NCBI RefSeq assembly: GCF_035481615.1
Contig: NZ_JAYKOT010000001.1
Location: 90,070 to 122,069 of the forward strand
Source: Citroniella saccharovorans
GTDB taxonomy: Bacteria; Bacillota; Clostridia; Tissierellales; Peptoniphilaceae
Length of the DNA: 32,000 bases
Direction: 5' to 3'
Positions 26,255 through 32,000 of the stretch are shown here, one piece after another. The notes under the pieces were generated by a model. That model worked only from the letters and a program-made list of their open reading frames with translations. It did no database searches and was not told the DNA's origin. Both the position numbers and the translations under genes were made by a program. Numbering within the stretch: position 1 is the first letter of the stretch; every line of letters begins with the position of its first letter.

Positions 26255-29200
26255 TTACTTAATCTTTGCCAAGACATCTTGGAAAATCGAATAGTTCTTC
26301 TTCACACCATCATCAAGGTCGATGGAAATCATCTGGTCCGCCAAGTGGTGTATTTTTTCTTCGTATTCATGGATTTCAGTCGCTTGATCACTCAGTGTTT
26401 TAAGCTTCTTACTCAGTCTAACTCTCTCGCTGGTAGATGAACTTTCCATGCGGTTCTCCAAATCTGCAATCGCAGTACGGTAGCGAGCCTGCTGCTCATG
26501 GACATAATCCGTACGAATACGAGCGAGGGTATCCAGCTGATAGCGATGCATGTAGATCAAACATTTGAAACCGTTCTTCTTACCAGAATCAAACATCCAG
26601 TAAATCGGACGTTTCTGATACATCTTGCAATGGTCTTTGTAGAAGCCGTTTAAGAAATACTTTCTGATAACATCTTTAGGCTGACCATTAGCTCCAAGAG
26701 CATCAGCAATGAAGCTCAGATTTTCCTCCAGTGTGTCTTTTCCATATACGACTTCTACAAACTTTACGAATAGGCCAACAATATCATCTTCAAAATACTC
26801 ATCATCGCAAATAGGAATAATGTTATCCTTGTCTGCTGCAAAGCTAGGATACTTGGAAGCATCCCAATCTCCCCCAGCATAGGCAAGACCATCTACATCA
26901 AGGGAATAACGGCCGAACATACAGCCAACTGCATAGGAAATAAAGGAGACGACCTCGTCCTCTTTGGTGCGGATATACCTGCTGCCCTTCATGCTCTCCG
27001 GCACATCCTCCTTGCTGTCAAATATCCGCTGCACCGTAATATCCTTGTCCGCCACCTCCGGTGTGAGCTCATCTTGAAGGCCATAAATGTCAATAAAGAT
27101 GCGGTTAAGTTCTTCCTCGTTAGCTTTTAACTGATTGAACCGGTCATCACATTCAGCCTGCCACTGGTCAAAGGCTTCGGCAATGGTAGAAACGTTGCGA
27201 AGCAGTGGATGATACTTGAAATCCCATGAGGTTTCAAAAGAATCCCAATCATGTTTTGCTACACCTATATTATTTCTGGTTAGATTGCCTACTCTTGTAT
27301 AAATGTTAGTTTTTCTAATAATTGGCAGCGACGCAACATGACCTACTTCATAATTCAATGTCGGAGATATGGCAGATAGAATGTCTAGTGCTATCTTTGA
27401 GTTAACGAAACCTAGATCGTAAAACATGTCGTCAGGATTATTATAAAAAATACAGCAACCAGCAACATCAAATATAAATCCTTGCGGATAATATCTAAAT
27501 GCTATATCTCCACTTGATATCTTAGACCAGCTCAAACATGCTTTGAAATACTCACTTATGCTCTTTATTGTCCTAGTTGGAGACTTATATAATGATGCAG
27601 CATAAGCTTTTATTTCTTTCCCATCATTCTCATAGTTAACCAGATGGTCAATGTTTCCATACCATTTCTTAAACTGCCCTCCTTTGTTATAAGGGAACCA
27701 TTTCTTATAAGATTTTTGTGCCTCACTAGCATTACTATAGTTAAAGCCTATTCTTGGATAAGCAACTTCATACCACAATCTTAAAAATCGTTTGTTATCC
27801 GAAGTAGCCATTCCTTGCCTTGTGTCACCTTTGGTTTTTAAATCTATTCCATTGGAAAAGTTTTCTATTAAATTCTCACTCACCCAATACGCCACAGGGC
27901 TGCCAGGGATTTTGGAGAAGTTGGACTGATCTACTGAGTAGCGATTCTCACCTACAAGGAACATATCTTCTTTTCCTTGCTGCGTGGTCGGCTCAATTAG
28001 GCGGCAATACACCCCATTATAGTCTGTAACGTAACTTTTGCGGATAGCAAAAGATGTCGTCTGCACTACCTCTCCACCTATTTCTTCAAAGGCTCTTGCA
28101 CCCAAATGCACCATGTTAATAATATCTTTGTCGAGAATTTTTTTGCGAAGTTTCTCAAAGCTGGACAGGAACATCCACGCATGTTGCGTTATCATTCCTT
28201 GTAAGCCATTTGCTTTTAGCATTTTGCCACAAACCTCGATAAATACAGCAAACAAATCGCTTTTGCTGTCAGGATAATTCTTTTTTACATAATCCGACAG
28301 CTTTGCACTCATACCCGATGCACCCATATACGGCGGATTTGTCACAACCACATCATATTTCTGTGCCAGTGCTTCTGCTACCTGCACCAAAGTTTTTAAA
28401 CCAAGAGCTTCATCCGTGTAAATGGACATCACTCTCTCACTCTGTATTTCATCAAAACGAACGTACAATGCATCCCAATCCAGATTGCTAACTGTGATGA
28501 TAGACCCATATTCCTTTGCGTCATGTAGTTCGCTGGTAATGGTATCCATGGCCTCTTTCAGCTTGGCATCGCCATTGCAGAAATAGTCTACTGCATGTTG
28601 GTCCACATGATTGCTTTCCACAATGGCATAAACATGGGGCTGCACTTTGCGGCGAAGGAATCTCTTGTCATATTGGCAAGCCTTCATCATAACAGTAAAA
28701 TAGCTAAGCTGCGCCGCACGGTCATCAATATCTAAACCATAGATGTTGTTTTCTACAATGCTTGTAACCGCTTCACGAGTGGTATAGCCATAGGATTCAT
28801 AAATCTGCACAAGAACGTCAAACATATAAGCCAAAATATGGCCACTTCCTGAGCAAGGGTCGATGCACAGAATATCTTCCGGTTTCAATGCTTTATATTC
28901 TTCACGAATAGTCGCAAGCTGCGCCTGAACTTCCGGCTCCTGCTCTGCTTCTTCCAAATAATATTTCCAATTGGATTTCAGTCCACGGCCCAGACCGCCC
29001 TCTCGTTCATCTACGATGAACTTCACCTTGTCGTTCGGATGTCCTTCTACCCACAAACGGCCCAGGGAGTTTTGAACCATGTAGCGGACAATCCAGTCCG
29101 GTGTGAAAAGCTGAGTTGCTGCCGGAATATTTTCCTTTGTGATTTTCACATTCTTCTTAAGGGCGGCAAATACGTCGTCCTTCTTTTCACTGTTACAATA

Positions 29201-29755
29201 CTGATACAGCCAGCCAATAATCTGGACAGCATCCTTCCAATCTTCCTCATCTATCAGCTCAATCATCTGATGCAAGGTGCTGCCCTCACGAAGAAGGTTG
29301 TCTGGGAATAGAAGCTCCGTGTAGTCAGAGAGTTTCTGGAACATGCCCGGAAGCACGCTATTCAGCGCATTGCATTGGGTAATCAAAAGATACTTATATA
29401 GCTTGTCATCATCGTTGGCTTCCTTGTAAGCATAGACTTTCTCCATGTCAAGCCCATCCAGCTCCAGATAGATTGCCTCTGTCAGTATCTGAGGCTTGAA
29501 TGCGTTATTCTCATCTGTAAAAACACGCACTCTCGTAGGGAGATAACCATTTACCTCCATAAAACGCAGTGCAGAGAAGCGGTTAAACCATGTGTAGGCA
29601 ACCTCTTCCATGACATGCTCGTATCCTTTTTCTTTGATTCTCTCGATCAAGGCAGCTCTCTGTTTCTTCTCAGTAGAAGAAAGCAGATGACCACCTACGC
29701 TATCGTCATTCGGATTTCCGATCTCTTTATCGGAAACCCCATATTTAAGCGCCAT
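26255..29755 (-). CDS. pglX: BREX-1 adenine-specific DNA methyltransferase PglX
   Basis: Motif I is CIDPCSGSGHILAY and motif IV is VVTNPPYMG (about 28328-28339). The size and the position between brxC and pglZ fit PglX. The track ORF extends to 29899 but would then overlap the upstream 152-aa gene by 68 nt. The ATG at 29755 (MALKYGVSDKEIG...) or the GTG at 29764 (GGAG 10 nt upstream) is more plausible. Confidence 0.9.
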   Translation of the reverse strand: MALKYGVSDKEIGNPNDDSVGGHLLSSTEKKQRAALIERIKEKGYEHVMEEVAYTWFNRFSALRFMEVNGYLPTRVRVFTDENNAFKPQILTEAIYLELDGLDMEKVYAYKEANDDDKLYKYLLITQCNALNSVLPGMFQKLSDYTELLFPDNLLREGSTLHQMIELIDEEDWKDAVQIIGWLYQYCNSEKKDDVFAALKKNVKITKENIPAATQLFTPDWIVRYMVQNSLGRLWVEGHPNDKVKFIVDEREGGLGRGLKSNWKYYLEEAEQEPEVQAQLATIREEYKALKPEDILCIDPCSGSGHILAYMFDVLVQIYESYGYTTREAVTSIVENNIYGLDIDDRAAQLSYFTVMMKACQYDKRFLRRKVQPHVYAIVESNHVDQHAVDYFCNGDAKLKEAMDTITSELHDAKEYGSIITVSNLDWDALYVRFDEIQSERVMSIYTDEALGLKTLVQVAEALAQKYDVVVTNPPYMGASGMSAKLSDYVKKNYPDSKSDLFAVFIEVCGKMLKANGLQGMITQHAWMFLSSFEKLRKKILDKDIINMVHLGARAFEEIGGEVVQTTSFAIRKSYVTDYNGVYCRLIEPTTQQGKEDMFLVGENRYSVDQSNFSKIPGSPVAYWVSENLIENFSNGIDLKTKGDTRQGMATSDNKRFLRLWYEVAYPRIGFNYSNASEAQKSYKKWFPYNKGGQFKKWYGNIDHLVNYENDGKEIKAYAASLYKSPTRTIKSISEYFKACLSWSKISSGDIAFRYYPQGFIFDVAGCCIFYNNPDDMFYDLGFVNSKIALDILSAISPTLNYEVGHVASLPIIRKTNIYTRVGNLTRNNIGVAKHDWDSFETSWDFKYHPLLRNVSTIAEAFDQWQAECDDRFNQLKANEEELNRIFIDIYGLQDELTPEVADKDITVQRIFDSKEDVPESMKGSRYIRTKEDEVVSFISYAVGCMFGRYSLDVDGLAYAGGDWDASKYPSFAADKDNIIPICDDEYFEDDIVGLFVKFVEVVYGKDTLEENLSFIADALGANGQPKDVIRKYFLNGFYKDHCKMYQKRPIYWMFDSGKKNGFKCLIYMHRYQLDTLARIRTDYVHEQQARYRTAIADLENRMESSSTSERVRLSKKLKTLSDQATEIHEYEEKIHHLADQMISIDLDDGVKKNYSIFQDVLAKIK

Positions 29756-29831
29756 CTGGCTCACACGGGAGATTAACTCCGGCGAGCTTCTGTAGCGAAT
29801 TTTTTTATCGCATTTTTGTTCATATTTTTTA

Positions 29832-30290
29832 TCATTCCTTAAACAGGTTATTAAATAAATCTCCAATTTCCTTTTTTGTAGGAACAGTGTCAACTCCATC
29901 CAGATTTTTAAATGGAATTACCATATCCTTTGCGAATATAATTTTTGCGCAAAAGAGAGTAAGTTTGTATTCAGCAAAAAGCAAAATACAAGTTAGTACA
30001 ATAACCGCTAGCAAAAGCAAGCATATTTCAGTCGTTGATGTTGGACTAAAAACTGCAAGTATATACCCAGCAACCAAATCTACAAAAGCTATCATATTCA
30101 GATAAGTATTATGTGCACTTTTTTGTAGCTTTTCTTTCTCAATTTTACAATTATCATTTTCATCTCGTTGAGCGATATTGCTACCAGGGAAACAGTTTTT
30201 AATTATCATTTCTTTTCTACACTTAACACTATTCAAAAGTAGTATCAATGCTCCTGATAGTTGAAATACTAACATTCCAACAAATAGCAT
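29832..30290 (-). CDS. small 3-TM membrane protein, non-canonical gene inside the BREX operon
   Basis: 152 aa. The ATG at 30290 lies 8 nt after an AAGGAG that overlaps the brxC stop (TAAGGAGCTGCTAATATG). The hydrophobic segments are MLFVGMLVFQLSGALILLL, MIAFVDLVAGYILAVF and ICLLLLAVIVLTCILLFA. GC is about 32% (hand count over 29941-30180). Confidence 0.65.
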   Translation of the reverse strand: MLFVGMLVFQLSGALILLLNSVKCRKEMIIKNCFPGSNIAQRDENDNCKIEKEKLQKSAHNTYLNMIAFVDLVAGYILAVFSPTSTTEICLLLLAVIVLTCILLFAEYKLTLFCAKIIFAKDMVIPFKNLDGVDTVPTKKEIGDLFNNLFKE

Positions 30291-30302
30291 ATTAGCAGCT
30301 CC

Positions 30303-32000
30303 TTAGCATAATTTGATTCCGTCGCAATCCTTCATCATTGCAGTAAGATATGTCCTGACTTGTTCCACGTATTTATCTATATCTTCTTGAGTTTCCAATG
30401 TCTTTGATGGGAATACTGTCTGACGGTACACATTCTTGATAAACTTCTTCGGTGCTGGAGGAGTTACATTTCCATCTTCTTTCGGTTTGATGGTCGGTGC
30501 AACGGGAATCTTCGGATGACGGATGCTATCGATTATATTGACTGTTTCATCTTTGTATTCCCACATCTGTGGTACCAGACCATCGAGGAGCTGCAGGCTT
30601 TCGAGCTCTGCTACTCTTTTTTTCTTCTGGTCAAAGAATTTGTCGGCAAGCCCAGAAATTGTTCTAGCTTCATAGACATCACCGGCAAGAGTATGAATCT
30701 CAGCTAAACACTGGCGAATGATTTCAAGAATCTCAGCACGCTTTGCTTGGAGAAGTCTTCCATGACCCTCACGAACTGTATCCATCAATCCGTTCAGTTC
30801 AGGGATTCTCTTATAAACGCTGGTCTGTCCAGCTTCCACTAGGGTAATCTTACGAATCTCATTCAGAGCCTGATTTGCTTCCTCTTCTTTCTTTTGAAGA
30901 TAAGAGAGGTCGTTTTTAAGTTCCGCTTCCATTCGAACAGCTGCATCGAATACCTGTACCTGATTCTTAAAGAATCCTTCTACTCTCTGCATGTCGTCCT
31001 TATTATCGAGAAGGTTGTCTTCTTCTTTCAGAAGTCGGTCAATTAGTGCCATGTTGTCCTTGCGCTGAGAAAGAATGTTATCCATTAGATTGAGCGCATT
31101 TATCACAAGCGAATGGTCCGGATATTTATGACCCTCGTAACGCTTGTTCAGTTCTTCATAATGTATCTTTTGTTCTTCAAATTTTTCTACAATGTATTTT
31201 ACAAGTCCGTCTTCATCGTCCGGAACATCCATGACATCGAAGTATTCACGCAGCAATTCTTTGACGGCACGCATCTTCGTCGCAGTAATGACCTGACGCT
31301 TGGAGATACTGGTTTTGCCAATCTCGCTTTTTTTACGAAGCATATCTGGAAGTTTCGGATTACTTGGCTGGATGGTTTCTCCACCGTATTTGACCGTCAC
31401 CTTCTGGTCATAAATCAGCATCGCAGCGACGACTGCAATATCGATTTCTTTCCAGCCATAAGGAATTGACTGAAAACGGCTCTGCACATCTGCCATCGAA
31501 GTAGGAAGTTTCTTTGCATACTGCATCTCAAGATACTCTTCCATCTTCACAGCAGCATCATGGTTTTCTTCCATGCCTGCCATGACACCGTTCAGATGTT
31601 CACCCTGCAGAATAGAAAGTACATCTGCATCCGTGTCAGCGTTCTTGGTTATAAGGCCGAGTTCGCTATAAACATGCGTTACCAAATATTCTAGCGCTTG
31701 GTCCAGCTTGCTCTTGGCATCGCCGCCCTTAATTTCTATATGCTCTCCATCCACATAGAACTCAGCACCGATGATTGCCTTCTTCAAATCTTCCTCTGCA
31801 GAAGACTCGTACTTCGCAGCCTCATTCTGATGATTGCGGATGATGTCCTGCACAGACTTCGGAAGCTGCGCTACGTTACGCTGCTTTACATACTTACGTA
31901 CCTTCATTGCTTTTTCCAAAGACTCATAGTAAGGAGTTTCAGAAAGCACAACGATTGCCTGATTCTTAGACTCTGTCATAAGGCGAAGTTCGCTCTTCTC
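30303..32000 (-). CDS. brxC: BREX system P-loop protein BrxC (PglY-like), C-terminal ~565 codons; gene continues beyond the right window edge
   Basis: The frame is open from the stop at 30303 to the window end (codons upstream of the track Met at 31979 read EKSELRL). It is a large alpha-helical protein immediately upstream of pglX in a brxC-pglX-pglZ-brxL arrangement. The N-terminal ATPase part lies outside the window, so the call rests mainly on synteny. Confidence 0.7.
   Translation of the reverse strand, partial: EKSELRLMTESKNQAIVVLSETPYYESLEKAMKVRKYVKQRNVAQLPKSVQDIIRNHQNEAAKYESSAEEDLKKAIIGAEFYVDGEHIEIKGGDAKSKLDQALEYLVTHVYSELGLITKNADTDADVLSILQGEHLNGVMAGMEENHDAAVKMEEYLEMQYAKKLPTSMADVQSRFQSIPYGWKEIDIAVVAAMLIYDQKVTVKYGGETIQPSNPKLPDMLRKKSEIGKTSISKRQVITATKMRAVKELLREYFDVMDVPDDEDGLVKYIVEKFEEQKIHYEELNKRYEGHKYPDHSLVINALNLMDNILSQRKDNMALIDRLLKEEDNLLDNKDDMQRVEGFFKNQVQVFDAAVRMEAELKNDLSYLQKKEEEANQALNEIRKITLVEAGQTSVYKRIPELNGLMDTVREGHGRLLQAKRAEILEIIRQCLAEIHTLAGDVYEARTISGLADKFFDQKKKRVAELESLQLLDGLVPQMWEYKDETVNIIDSIRHPKIPVAPTIKPKEDGNVTPPAPKKFIKNVYRQTVFPSKTLETQEDIDKYVEQVRTYLTAMMKDCDGIKLC

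Noticed and set aside
29756-29899. N-terminal extension of pglX to the track start at 29899 (MELTLFLQKRK...)
   Set aside because: It would overlap the 152-aa membrane protein gene by 68 nt and has no RBS. The extension is AT-rich and unlike PglX N-termini. Internal starts at 29764 or 29755 fit better.
26165-31469. Plus-strand ORFs inside pglX, the TM gene and brxC (26165..26440, 27820..28029, 28038..28277, 28303..28491, 29039..29311, 29887..30105, 30516..30707, 31113..31469) and minus-strand 31199..31384
   Set aside because: They are antisense to or nested in well-supported genes, with no RBS and no recognisable domains.

Overview
The window joins two compositionally different segments. Positions 1 to about 20170 are AT-rich (about 30% GC by hand counts) and look like Firmicute/Clostridia-type chromosome. 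They hold a partial hypothetical gene, a divergent pair of a 51-aa secreted peptide and an XRE-HTH helical-repeat (RNPP/Rgg-like) regulator, and ahpC-ahpF (ahpF frameshifted in an A9 run). Next come an MBL-fold hydrolase gene and a 4.5-kb cassette bracketed by about 450-bp direct repeats. The cassette carries a PAS/AAA+ activator that lacks GAFTGA, an agmatinase-family ureohydrolase and a membrane transporter. A large LRR plus CWB2 surface protein follows. Positions 13.6-20.2 kb are mostly decayed mobile-element and defence genes: a topoisomerase III remnant, three DUF3847-like remnants, a TIR-like remnant and a decayed N6-adenine methyltransferase/specificity locus. The genes there that look intact are an AlbA_2/ATPase-like protein, a small peptide + membrane protein cassette and a RelE/RelB-type toxin-antitoxin pair. 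Three copies of a ~197-bp palindromic MITE-like repeat flank ahpCF and the MBL gene. From about 20171 to the right edge, GC rises to about 45-47% and the minus strand carries a type 1 BREX operon: brxC (partial), pglX, pglZ, brxL. The operon is non-canonical in four ways. A low-GC 3-TM protein gene sits between brxC and pglX. A low-GC HEPN-motif gene, split at a G5A7 run, sits between pglX and pglZ. pglX contains a low-GC internal patch. A 20-nt near-perfect direct repeat occurs in both pglX and the 5' end of pglZ. Several frameshifts fall on homopolymer runs, so sequencing indels are a real alternative to pseudogenisation. All family assignments come from motifs read by eye; no searches were run.
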